From Selaginella moellendorffii (Eukaryota > Plantae > Lycopodiophyta): a DNA stretch of 64,000 bases. Each line of letters starts with the position of its first letter. Position 1 is the first letter of the stretch. The notes under the pieces are model-generated. The model made no database searches, was not told the origin of the DNA, and was given only the letters and a program-made list of their open reading frames with translations. Positions 12,061 to 24,089 of this stretch are shown here, piece by piece. The translations under genes and the position numbers were made by a program. The DNA lies in NCBI RefSeq assembly GCF_000143415.4, contig NW_003314267.1, positions 2,955,839-3,019,838 on the forward strand, given 5' to 3'.

Positions 12061-15000
12061 ATGGCGCAGTGGCGGACTCTCGTGGATGCGGCCTTGGATT
12101 CACAAAGCTCCGGCCATGATCGGGTACGTGACACAGGACAAGACATTGATTCCTTGCTTCCCTTGCAGGCTGCCGCTCAGGATGCGCTTCTCTTGCTCCT
12201 GCAACAGAGAAATATCTCGATCAATGACATCGTAAGAGGAGGAGGTGCTTCTTCTTTGCTCTTCTGAGCTTGTTCTTTACCTTGTAGGTGCTGCATTTGG
12301 GCCCGTGCCTCACTTCAACGGATTTTCTGGTCCGATCCAAAGGTATCGTGTATCTATCCACCATGCCACACACACGAGGCAATGTTTTTTCTCTGTTTTG
12401 CTGCAGGCATGACTTTCTTGGGAGAAATGGTGGCGCGGCTCCATTCAACACGACTGGAAGAGCATGTTGTCCACTCTCTGGCTTTGTTCTTCACTGCACG
12501 GATCGTAAGGAACTCAAGCTAATCTTTCGTCTGGTATTCATTTGTTTGGAAATGCAGGAAGATAGTGCTTGCTTGCACGGTGCGCTTCTGGGATGCAATA
12601 GCCTTCACAAAAGAGCGAAGGATGTGGGTGAAGTCGCGGCACAAGATGCTGTCCAAGTGATTAAAACAGTGAAATGGCTTGATATGCAGTCTCTGGCTCA
12701 ACAGGATAGACTGGTGTGCACATCCTTATTTTTTATTGCTGTGGAGCTACTTACATTTTTGTTTGACGCCAGCTATGTTTCGAGCTTTTGGTCACCCTCG
12801 TTGAGCGGCATCCTTCTGAAGTGGGAACTCTAGTAAGTAAATGCTGATATGTAAGTATGTAGCAACTATCCACTCATGTCTGTGTGTTTTTCTTGTACTA
12901 AAACATGCTGTTTTCATACTAGGGGACTGACCTCGTGACTGGAGCTGCTCAATTGATAGAAGGAGAAAAGGATCCTCGATGTTTGTTGCTGGCGTTTCGT
13001 TTGGTCGAGCGCTTGGGAAGTTTGTTTCCAGATCCGAAAGGCCCTCTCGCTCAAGCTGCACCTGATCTTTTTGATATCATCGCCTGCTATTTCCCTATAT
13101 CGTTCAAGCTGGTATGTAATTTACTTCCTTTAAGTAACGTTCTCAAGCGGCCTTCCTGCAGCGGCCAAACGACAGCAAAGATATTTCACGAGAAGATCTT
13201 ATTGCAAGTCTTAAGGTAGCACATACATCTATCTCATCGTCAACAAGTGCTGTGGTTTACAGAGTGCTTTTGCCGCTTCTTCATTTTTTGCTTCGGAGTG
13301 TATCCCTTTACTTCTTGAAAAGCTATCATCGTCAGTACAGGATTCTAAAGTACGTTTACGGTGTTTGATCTGCATCACAACCGACCCTCCTTGTTCTGCA
13401 GTTGCAATCCTTGGAGTTCCTTGGAGATTGTGCAGTTGCCTACGGTGAGCGTGTTATGGATGAGTATGCTCGTCCTATATGGGTCGCACTGAAAGCCGAG
13501 TTGTTTCCTCACTTGACCTCTTTCTACTCCGAGTCGGGAAAGCTACAAGATCCAGAAGTTTTCAGAGCGGCTACTATATGTTTGACGCAGTGTGTCAAGG
13601 CGTCTCTTAGCCATTCTGATCCCGATGGTGGCCAATTTCTTCGTTTGATACTGGACGACGAGATTTGTAGCCATCTTTTACAGTATCTCACGCGCAAGGC
13701 TACCATTGCAGATGCACAAGAGAAGCATCACATGCAGACTGTGGGACAGGTTCTTTCTGCTGCTGCGCGGGCATCACCTCTGTCTAGCAACATCATTTCT
13801 GCGACGATTTTACCAGCTTTTCTATCAAACAAGACTTGTTCCGATGCTCACGTTCTAGGTGTTGTCGTCTCAGTATTGACAGCTATACGAGAAGTTGCAG
13901 TGGAGCAGGTTTCTTTGCTATGTGACATCCAGTGGCTGGACCGAGTGTTTTCCTCACTGACAAAACTTCTGCTTATATTTTCGGACAACTTGAAATCAGC
14001 ATCTATGAATGAAGCTATAACGGCAATTTGTGGTATGTCCTCTACCATGATTTCGTTTTAAGTTCTCATTGGTTGCTCTCTTGTCGCCAGTTTCTGGCTT
14101 GCAATGCGTAGCTACTTTTCCGGGTTACCTTTCCTCTTTGTCCGAGGCTCAAGTTTACGAGTTTGTTTCACATTTGCTAGAGCTTGTCCTTGACAAGGGG
14201 AAGTATGCCAATTCCTGGGATCAGGCGGTCCAGGCCGTTGCTTCCATATGCGCAACTGAAGATCAACTGTCATCTTCGACTGGTTCTGCATCAGTAAGAA
14301 TTGTTCAAGGTCTTGTTCAGGCTGCTTTCCTGGAAGAGAGTGACGCCAAATCCTTGATGGCCGCCATCACCAGGATATCCAGGTCGAGCTGTTCCGCTCG
14401 TGATTTGTTCTTCAGCGAGCTCCAAAGACATCTATTGCCGTTGAATATTGAATCTGTAAGGATATACGTAGAAACGTTGCATGTTGGGCTGATGCTTGTT
14501 GTCAGGTCGCAGCCAAGCACCATCTCCTGATACCTCTATTTTCTGGAGAGTTTCTAGCGCTGTAAGATGAAGCGTTGTCTTCTGTCTTCGTTCCACTCCT
14601 TCCTAACTTGCGATTTCCAGATATGAAGATGATATCGAACGTGGACATGCACCTGCCCTACAATTTTCTATGCAACTATGGTCTTCTTTCCAGTCACTCC
14701 CTCTTGATATCGACATTCCTGAAGAGGTATCATGCTTTCGTTCAACTAGAAAAATTCTTTCTAACCGATTTTATATCTAGATATTAATCCCGTGGATGGA
14801 CCTAGTTCGCACTGCAGTCTCGATGTGTGATCTCAGCGGTCAGGAAGCTGTCGTCCTTAAGTCATACGACATCCTGTGTAGCCGATGTTCGAAAGACCAC
14901 GACACCATGGACGGTAAACAGGCATGGCTTATTGCCGTTTGGTCGTCAACGGCTGTAGCAATGAGGCCAAACATTCAGCTGTTGCAAGACGAGAAGATTA

Positions 15001-16189
15001 TTCAGCTCCTGCTGAAGACGTCCTTGGAAGTTCAAAGCTCGGCGGTAAGCGAATACATCGCGCAAGCACTGGCATCGATATTGAATAAGTGGCCTACAAC
15101 GTCATATCCGCTAGATGGTGTTGTCCAGAATGTTTTGGACGAGCTGCGTGCGTTTGGCACAGACACGCCTAGGTTGGTCAGCATCTTGGCTTGGATCGCA
15201 AAAGCGCTGGCAATGAGAGGTGACAACAAGGTGGCTTTGGTAGCAGGGATTCTCATTGAGATCCTGAGACAAGGGAAAGGAGCATTATATGCGGACGGAG
15301 ACGGGGAAGACAGCATGATCAGGAGAGCTGCTGCGAAAGCCCTGGGCGTCATAGTGGGTGATGCCAAGGCGCTAAACAAACGTCATTTTGCAACCGTTCA
15401 GCCTCTGTACACCCAGAGGTTCTTTCACAGCTTCCTGCCGCCACTTCTCCACGCGCTGAGAGATGCTCCAGATAACGTTTCACGGTACTTGCGAGTTTAG
15501 CTGGTCTTTTTGCTACGAACTGACCATCTCGCCTTGTCCAGGGTCTGGTTGATTCGCGGTTTCAGCCATCTTATTGTGAACGTCCCGACAACTGCTGTGC
15601 TTATGGAAGGCAACAAGGTAATTTCCGTTATTGTTTTTCTCTTCATGCTCCAGTGAGACACATGTCCAGGTGTTTCCACTTCTTTTGGAAGCGCTCTCCA
15701 ATGCCGAGGATTCTGACACGCTCCTGGGGAACCTTCTTATATTGTCTGCTTTTCTCATGGACGAGAAGAGCAAAGGTGGGACAGTACGCACTCTTGGAGT
15801 CTCCGGGATTGATTTATTTTTCGTTGCAGGTGCTGTGATAGATCGCATTGGACTTGTCATAAACTGCCTCGTGGAACTTGTACAGTATCAACACTCCACT
15901 GTGAGTCTGAGAGTTTGCCTCCAAAAGAAGTAATCGTTGTTGTGCTTTCTTTTCTCCAGGCTGTTCGTGAGACCGCTCTCCAGTGCCTCGGCGCCATTGT
16001 CAGCCTGCCATTCGCGTCAATCTATCCCTCGAGCCGGAAGGTAGGAAGTATCTCTTTTCGTCAGTGCTCATTACGTTGTGGAGCTGGGCTTTCCAGGTGT
16101 TGAAGACACTCCATCGAGCTCTTGATGATCCAAAGCGCTCCGTACGCAATGAAGCTGCTCACTGCTACCAGGCCTGGTGGATCAAATAA
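12061..16189 (+). CDS. MMS19: MMS19/MET18 cytosolic Fe-S assembly targeting factor (HEAT-repeat), many exons
   Basis: IEGEKDPRCLLLAF, LFDIIACYFPISF, PLYTQRFF, VRETALQCL, ALDDPKRSVRNEAAHCYQAW C-terminus. Confidence 0.9.
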
Positions 16190-16366
16190 AAACCACACTG
16201 AACCGACAGATATCCGCGGGAATATCCCCGTTACGGTCGGGGTACGTGTTTGCACTGAGAAAGACTCGTGCTAGCAATATTGTTGGAGAAGAGACCCTTT
16301 TCGAGTTAAGAATGAGGAGCGAGCGTTTGTAGAGAGAGCTCTCCCTAGGTCAAGCAAGCAGCGATC

Positions 16367-17552
16367 ATGTCCGTGACCAAGAGCCACAAGCTGGTGCTGG
16401 TGCTGGGCTCCGTCTACGCCAACGTGGTGGTGCAACTGGAGCGACTGCCTCTAGCTGGCGAGACGCTGGCCGCCAGGAGCAGCAGTTGCAGCGCCGGCGG
16501 GAGGGGAGTGAACCAGGCGGCGTGCGCCGCGCGCCTCTCCTGCCCGACCAACTTGATCGCCCAGGTGTGTGTGTTTTTTGAATGAAGGATCCATAGATTC
16601 ATCTCCTCACGCCAGGTCGGGAACGATGGACATGCCGCATTGGTGCGCGAGGCGCTGGCGAGCGCGGGAGTGCGGGTGGACCACCTGAGCACGGTGAGCG
16701 TTGCGACGGGGCAGGCGGTGGTGATGATGCAGGGCGTTGGCAAGACGGTCATCGTGGTGGAGGGAGCCAACGTGTCGTGGCCCCGTCTCGACGGCGGATA
16801 CGGGCGCCTCCAGCCGGCGGCGCAGCAAAACATCCGCGCCGCGGCGGTGCTGCTGCTCCAGCGAGAGATTCCCGACGCCGTCAACATCGAGGCCGCAAAG
16901 GTACTAAGAAAGCCATGTCATTGACTGCCAGGTTCGCGAAGCTAAAGCTGGCGATGCCAGATTGCAAAGACTGCCGGCGTTCCAGTGGTGCTGAGCACCG
17001 GCGGGAGCGAATCGCTGCTCCCCGCGGAGCTGCTCGAGTGTCTCACTGTGCTGAGCACGAGCGACGAGGAGCTGGCTCGGGCCGTGGCCTTGAAGGGCGA
17101 CACCGAAGACGACGCCGTGGCTGCGGCCAGAAGATGCATTGCCGACATGGTAACTCCAAGTCTCTCTAGAGTGGTGGCTCATCGAGTGGTGTCTTTCTTC
17201 CGACAGGGCGTGAAGCAAGTGCTGCTCCAGCTGCGGAGCCAAGGACTGCTCCTGCTGGTGACGCAAGACGAAGAAACGGCTGTCGTTTCGGCTCCAACGT
17301 CGTCACTTGGCGATGACATCGCCACCGCAGCCTACGCGGTTGCGGCCTTCGTCGACGCCCAGCCACATCCGTCCGCCCTCAAGTTCGCAGGTTCGCTTGC
17401 TTGCTCTTCTGCTTTTCTCTCTGCTCAAGAGTGTCCGTCCTGCTTCGCTTCCAGCCTGCGCGGCGCTCCTGTGCAACCGGCCTGGCGGGATCGCAGCATT
17501 GCCGGACAGGAAGGCCGTGCTAGATCACCTTGTCCACCACTCGAAGGAGTGA
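16367..17552 (+). CDS. Ribokinase-like PfkB protein with degenerate active site, 5 exons
   Basis: ERLPLAGETL, GGRGVNQAAC, LLQREIPDAVNI, GVKQVL, PDRKAVL match plant ribokinase, but substrate and ATP motifs are altered. No transit peptide. Confidence 0.85.
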
Positions 17553-17866
17553 GCTCCGAGAACTTGGGGATTGCGACGAGCAAAGTAGGTGTTTGTGCCC
17601 TTGTAGTGTACATATGCAAACGCGGAAATCGTTTTTTGGATTGCTCGTCTTGCGTGAAGCTTCCCGAGTCCCCCGCTGGAATATCCTTGTCGGACCGTGT
17701 CAAACCACAGCTACGGTCGTCGTTTCAAGACCAAGAAGTAACGACATGCAAAGTTTGAGCAACGTGACCGCGAGCACGATAGAGATAAATAGCTGCCCTT
17801 GCCATCTGGACAGCCTCACTTTGTTCCACGACCACCGCGAGCCACAGGGAGCGCGAGAGATTAGCG

Positions 17867-17947
17867 ATGGAGGCTGTCCGGTTGCAAGGAGCTAGGGTTT
17901 TGCGGGATGCCCAGGGCGGCGACGCTAGAGCGCTGCTTGGATCGCGG

Positions 17948-17979
<32 letters not shown>

Positions 17980-19415
17980 GAGTGGGCGCGTGAGGCTGCC
18001 GCTGCGCCGTTCCAAGTCGAGGCTGAGTGTGGTGGCGCTGGATGCTGCGCAGCCATTTGATTATGAGTCTAGGAGGATGGAGCAGATGCACAAGGAGAGC
18101 AAGCTCAAGGTCGGGATTGTGGGCTTTGGAAACTTTGGACAGTTCCTGGCGCAGCGGATCGTCAAGCAGGGCCACGCTGTGCTAGCGCATTCTCGCTCGG
18201 ATTACTCGAGCTTGTGTGACGAAATGGGAGTTTTGTTCTTCAGGTATGGAATTTTCCCTTCTTGCATGTATCTGGCGATTCCATCGCATTCTTCGCTCTT
18301 GCTCGCAGGGACGTGGATGACTTTTGCGAGGAGCATCCCGACGTTGTGTTGTTGTCCACCTCCATCCTCTCGACTGAAGCCGTCTTGCGATCTCTGCCGC
18401 TTCAGCGCCTCAAGAGGAGCACCTTGTTCGTGGATGTTCTTTCCGTCAAGGAGTTCCCAAAGACACTATTCCAGCAGGTAATCTCTATACTGTTCATGGC
18501 CCGCGCATTGGTTTCTAAGCTCGAGATGCTTGCACCGCACAGGTCTTGCCAGCCGAGTTTGACATTTTGTGCACGCATCCCATGTTCGGGCCCGAGAGTG
18601 GCCGGGGGAGCTGGAATTCTTTGCCACTTGTGTACGATAAAGTGCGGGTTGGAAGTGGGGTGAGGGACGAACGCTGCCAGAGGTTTCTTGAGATTTTCGA
18701 GCGAGAGGTAACGTCACCTCGTACGACTGCTTCCTTTTTCCTGAACTTTTCCTTGTGCCACAGGGCTGCCGAATGGTAGAGATGTCGTGTGCAGAGCACG
18801 ACCGCTTCGCTGCGAGCAGCCAGTTTATAACTCACACTGTTGGAAGGTTTGTTGCAGACTCTGCCACTTTTGCAAATTCGCTCACTCTCTTTCCAGGATG
18901 CTGGGAAAGCTGGAGCTGGAGTCGACTCCGATTAACACCAAAGGATACGAAACACTTCTGGACTTGGTAAGATTGCAATGCCTCCCCCACTCTTTTCTCA
19001 TCAAGCGTGCTCTCACCTCAGGTCCAAAACACTCAAGGCGACAGTTTTGACCTGTACTATGGCTTGTTCATGTACAATATCAATGCCACTGAAGAGGTAG
19101 TATGGCTGAAAATCACGCAACTTCGTCATTGATCCCTTGTTTCTACAGCTTGAACGACTGGAGCTCGCGTTTGACGCTCTGAAGAAGCAATTGTTTGGCA
19201 AGCTCCACAATGTTCTGAGGAAGCAACTATTTGACGTAGGGAGTGCAGCAACCAACCATGCCGTGGCCGTCGCCTCCACCGCAGCAACTGTTGCTGCTTC
19301 TGACAAGACTAGCAATGGAGCGTGTGTTGCTGCTTCAGAAAAGATTAGCAATGGATCTGCGGTCTCACAACTTACGCTTGTAAGCACTGTGGAAGAGGCC
19401 CAAGGCCACCAGTAA
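17867..19415 (+). CDS. TYRA: Arogenate dehydrogenase (plastid TyrA)
   Basis: KVGIVGFGNFGQFLA, LFVDVLSVKEFP, CTHPMFGPESG, EHDRFAASSQFITH, ESTPINTKGY, DSFDLYYGLFMYN; transit peptide contains poly-S. Confidence 0.94.
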
Positions 19416-19525
19416 CTTTGCAACACATTTTATTGAGTAGCTGTGAATAAACATTTTTTGGTAGAAAAGGTACCTCGCTTGTTCCCGGCACGGAAAAACG
19501 CTACAAACAGGTAGAGATAGATGCT

Positions 19526-20122
19526 TTAAAACAGGTGATGGTGATGGTGCTTCTTCCCTTCAACTTCGTCCTCACGGCGTTCGGTCGTCTTTACGGCGTG
19601 GTGCTCATAGAGGGCATAGCCTCCAGATCCGAGAGCCGCGACCCCAGCAATTTCCTCTTCGATTTTGTGAGTGCGAGCGTGCTCTGGATCCACCTTCACC
19701 TCGTGTGCTTCATACTGTCCCCCAACACCAAGACGTTAAGAAAAAAATACATGAAATCCTTCACTGCAGCTTACCATTGCAAAGGCACCAGCTGCAAGAG
19801 CTGCGGCCTCTCCATAGTGTTCACGTTTCTTGCCAGCCTTCACCTCTTGCTCATAAGTCCCAAAAGCTCGCTGCTCCTCGAGCTGCTGCTCACGCTGCCG
19901 TTCCTCGTAGCTGGATTGAGGAAACTGGTGGCCGTAAGCCGCAGGTGGAGGATTCGCGTAAGGGGACTGCTCGTAAGACGACTGCTGATATGAGGACTGC
20001 TCGTAAGGCGACGGCTGGTAAGCAGGATTCCCATAAGCCGCTTGATAAGGAGAATTTACATCGTTGCCATAGGCTGCGTCCTGCTCCTGCTGGTGGTGGT
20101 GGTGGTGGTGGTGATGAGCCAT
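19526..20122 (-). CDS. ASR: ASR (ABA/WDS; abscisic acid-stress-ripening) protein, 2 exons
   Basis: MAHHHHHHHH N-terminus; EHYGEAAALAAGAFAM|YEAHEVKVDPEHARTHKIEEEIAGVAALGSGGYALYEHH...GKKHHHHHLF*. Exon 2 is not in the ORF track. Confidence 0.92.
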
Positions 20123-20207
20123 GCCTGCTGCAAAAAGGAGGCGGCTTAAATCAGAATCGGAGCCTCCCAGAAACACGCTTACTTGCTACCAAAATTGCCA
20201 ATCACGG

Positions 20208-22891
20208 CTATTGATAGGAGATGATCCGCGTGATGATTCCCACCGCCAGTGTCCGCCCTTCGCTCCGCAAAACAACTCGTCCAAGGCCACGAAACTTTAT
20301 ATACTCTTGAACACATAATCCCCGCTCCGGTGCCACCTGAACGCGATACAAAGTCAAACTTGCTGAAGCCATCGAGACTAAAAGGAGATATACCTCGACC
20401 AACGCGCTTTGGTTAGACGTCAAGCAACGTGGGGACCGCTTGACGGCTTGGCCAGTTTTTGCATCGATCAAAGCCGTTAGATTCGTGACAGTACCTGGCT
20501 CCTTTGCATGATGTGCATGCACAACCACCTGAAGAATACTGCGTCACATTCCAAACACCAAAATAGAAACAAACCTGGGCACCGGGAAGCATCGGGAACG
20601 CGAGTTTCAGTGTCAGGATTCTCAGTTCGAAACGCGTGGCAATCGGGACCGGGTAATCGGGATGGCATAGAACTCCCCCGGGGACTATCACACCGGCATC
20701 AACTCCCTGTAGACCAATATCCACGCCATCACCGGCTCTTGCTGTTTGCAGGGCTTTCCCGTCCTGCTCTAGATTTTTGACAACCCCCACCTCCCTTGAA
20801 GGCATTACCATTACCTGCAACCAAACAAAAACGTAGAAACCAAATAGATGACGTGATGATAAAAAGTGGAGGCCAACACACATACCTTGCTCCCAATTTT
20901 TATGGCTCCACTCTCGACTTTCCCACCCGCAGCAGCAGAACCAAGGGAACGTGATCTTACGACTTCAGCTACAGCCAGTCTGAAAGGCTTGGCGATGTCT
21001 CTCTCCGGAGGCTCAAGCCTGTTTAGAGCGTCAAGGAGCGTGCCGTCTTTGCCTGTGTACCTGGTCCATGGCAAACCAGTTAAAGATGATTCCAAATCAT
21101 GAAACTAAGAAATGCTTACCACGCTCGAAACAAGTCATCACTCGGAGTTGAGACCAGGTTCTCTCCAGCGATTGCACTGACAGGAACGTAGGACACGCTC
21201 GAGTCCCGAAATCCACAATGTCGTAAAAACGGAGTAAGGATGCGCTTGATCTCTTCAAACCTCTCTTGCGAATACTGCACCTCATCCATCTTGTTCACAG
21301 CTACAACAAGCTGGCTGACTCCAAGGCTCCGAACTAATTGAGCATGCTCTCTTGTCTGGCCACTCTCGCGGCCTTCTGCTCCCATTCCAGCTTCAAAGCC
21401 ACCTTCCGCGGCGTCAACAACAAGAACAGCAGCATCAGCTTGCGAAGCTCCAGAAATCATGTTAGGCACGAAGTCCTTGTGGCCGGGGGCGTCCAACAGT
21501 ACGACACGTAGTTTAGCTGTCTCGAAGTGAGCCACGGCAACCGTTATAGTAACACCCCGTGCCCTCTCCTCGACGCCCTCGTCAAGCGCCCAAGCGTACG
21601 CAAAAGAACCTTTTCCCTGTGAAGTGAACACGTCATGACATAAAAGACTCAAAAATAAAAATGATACAAACCATCTCGTTAGCCTCCTTTGTGTTTTTGT
21701 GCATTTCCTTTTGAGAAACTCGTCCCAGGCTATGCAGGATTCTTCCCATCAATGTGGACTTGCCAGCATCAACATGTCCAACCTGCATGTTACTCGTTGA
21801 TAAATCAAGACCATGAGGAACTACTTAAAGCTTACCACTACAAGGTTTAACAAGCTCTTCTCCGCAGTTTTTGATCCTTGGTGCATCATCCATGGCTCGG
21901 GCTTGTAGCTTTCCAGCGGCAACCCCTTGTTACTCGTAGACTGCAACCGTTGCTTTGAGCTTTCTTTGACGTCTTCGCTATCACCGTCAAGGACCAGGCT
22001 CTTTTTCAGCTTTTCGGATACGCCGTGCTCCTTGTCGCTCAGCTTGCTCTGGTTTCCAGGTGAATCCGAAGTAGGCGCTGCTGCTTTGGACTTTGCTCTT
22101 GCATGGCTGTTACCTGGAAGCAAAGAAAGAGAGTCAGTCAGCTAAGTAACATAAGATGGAGAGAAAAAAAAAAAAAGCTTTTCACCTTGCACGGGCTTTT
22201 TGCTTCCTTGTACTGCTCCGAGTATTGCATCATCTGGAGAAGGTCCGTCAAACTTGAAGGGCACTGTGCAAGGGCCACTTCAGCCCAAATAAGTTTTCAG
22301 CAACTAATCAAGCTCAAACAAGGCAGAGCTACCAAGCACCAGAGCTGACTCTATCGAAAGTGAGGCTGACTGACCTATCGGGGAGGAGCTAGAGGACACA
22401 AGGTCTCTGTCACTGCGTGACTGGAAAGTTTGCTTAATGCTCTCGGAAGTTATGCCTTTCTTGAGTGCCAGAGGAGGGAGAGGAGCAAACAAGGACGTTG
22501 CAAGCTGCGAAGGCTCAGCCCTTGGACGCGCACTTCTAACTGCATTGATGGATTCAATCGGGCTACTACGATCGTTTTGCTCAGCAAGTTTTAGAGTGAT
22601 TTACCTGAGCCGGAAGCGTGAATTGGAGCTGGAGAGTCTCGCACCACTCCACACATCTCACACGACTGATGTTCCTCCAGATTATCGTATGTACAGATGG
22701 GGCAAGCCCAGATTGGTTGCTGCGGCGCTGTTCCTGGAAGAGATCTGGAGATAAATCCCGCGCTCGTCGATGAATCGCTTACCCGGAGCTGAGGCTGAGC
22801 TGCTGTCGGCGTAATCTTCCTCCTCGTAGTCATCGTAGTAGTCATCATAGCTGTCGTCGTAGTAGCTCTGCCGGCTCCCCTTGCGCGGCAT
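20208..22891 (-). CDS. HBS1: HBS1-like translational GTPase with N-terminal RanBP2-type Zn finger
   Basis: WACPICTYDN...CEMC, VGHVDAGKSTLMG, ERARGVTI, LDAPGHKDFVPNMISG, VNKMD, LGRVVLRSEGRTLAVG. Confidence 0.93.
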
Positions 22892-22937
22892 TGCGATAAA
22901 CCCTAAAAATGCCAAAGAACCCTAGATTCTGGGGAGC
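22892..22937. promoter_or_regulatory. Ultra-short divergent intergenic region with telo-boxes
   Basis: 46 bp between divergent ATGs; contains AAACCCTAA and AACCCTAG. Confidence 0.5.
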
Positions 22938-23762
22938 ATGAATGACGAGGACGCGACGGTGATTGCGTGCTTGGATTCCGCGGATGCGATCCTCAGGCTT
23001 CGCGATGTGCTCAACACCCAACTCGCGCAGGCAAGTGAGTGCTACATCGTCTAGCAGCTCCTTCTACATCGCATTTTCTTCCAGGGGTGGATAGAGATGG
23101 CGCGTGCTCGCTACTCCATGGGGCATTCCAGGATCAACGAGTCGCTCTTCAGCCTGAGAGCGCACCGCTCGCTTGTGTGCGTTAGCGGTAAGCTCTGCTT
23201 TGCGCTGGATCGAAATCAAAGCTAGGGCGATTTCTTCACAGAAGGCGAGCTGGAGATCAAGCCAAGCGGCTCTGCGCAAGGTAAGTAGCTTCTTTCCTCG
23301 TCTCTTAACTGTGCCATTCTCTCGCATCCAGAAGAAGAAGAAGAAGACTCGAGTGACGATGAAGTGGTGGTACGAGACGATTGTTTCGCCTTGCGATGTT
23401 GTGGTGATCGTAGTTACATTCGCAGACGATGGACAGCAAGAGAGTGGATCCCCTGTGCTGGTTTGGCAGCCTCGTCTCGCCTCATTTGCGAGCTTCACAG
23501 CAATCCTTCCAGAAAGGTTCGTGCACAACACTAGATAGAGTGAGTAATCGCGATCGCTTTTTTTTTTCTTTTTTCCTCCAGCATTGCGGACACTGGTGGA
23601 AATCGCGAACGCTCAATGCGACGCACAGATCCAGTGCGGTAAGAACGGTTGCTTTCGGCATCGAATGTTCTTCAAATCAACACTCGCTCTCTTTCTTTCC
23701 GATTTTTTGTGTTCTTCCCAGACAAAGTATCGAGAGGGAGGGTCCAAGCCAGTAATTACTAA
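22938..23762 (+). CDS. CCDC115: CCDC115/Vma22 V-ATPase assembly factor
   Basis: LAQ|GWIEMARARYSMG, DPLCWFGSLVSPHLRASQQSF, LVEIAN. First intron is GC-AG; last exon approximate. Confidence 0.8.
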
Positions 23763-24089
23763 TGACGACGATGTTGCTGGCTGGCCAAGGAAAACCAGGT
23801 CACGAAATCACGATCTACCCACGTCTGCCCTAGCCGGCACGTGTCGGTGGATCTCCAAAACGGCAGCTCTGTTTTGCGTAGGAGGACCTAATATATTTCC
23901 ATGCTCTCTTTCTTTGCGCGTCTTTCTGGTCGCGGGCACGAGCTGGGATAGAGGAGGAGGACGGGGTCGTCTCCACATCGCCAAGGCACAGCCCTCGAGC
24001 GTGAGTGTGGTGGTGCGGTAGATCTGGTAGATCTGTGCGTGTGCGTGTGCGTGTGTGGGATCTCAGCCGATCTAAGCCAGGCCGCCAGG

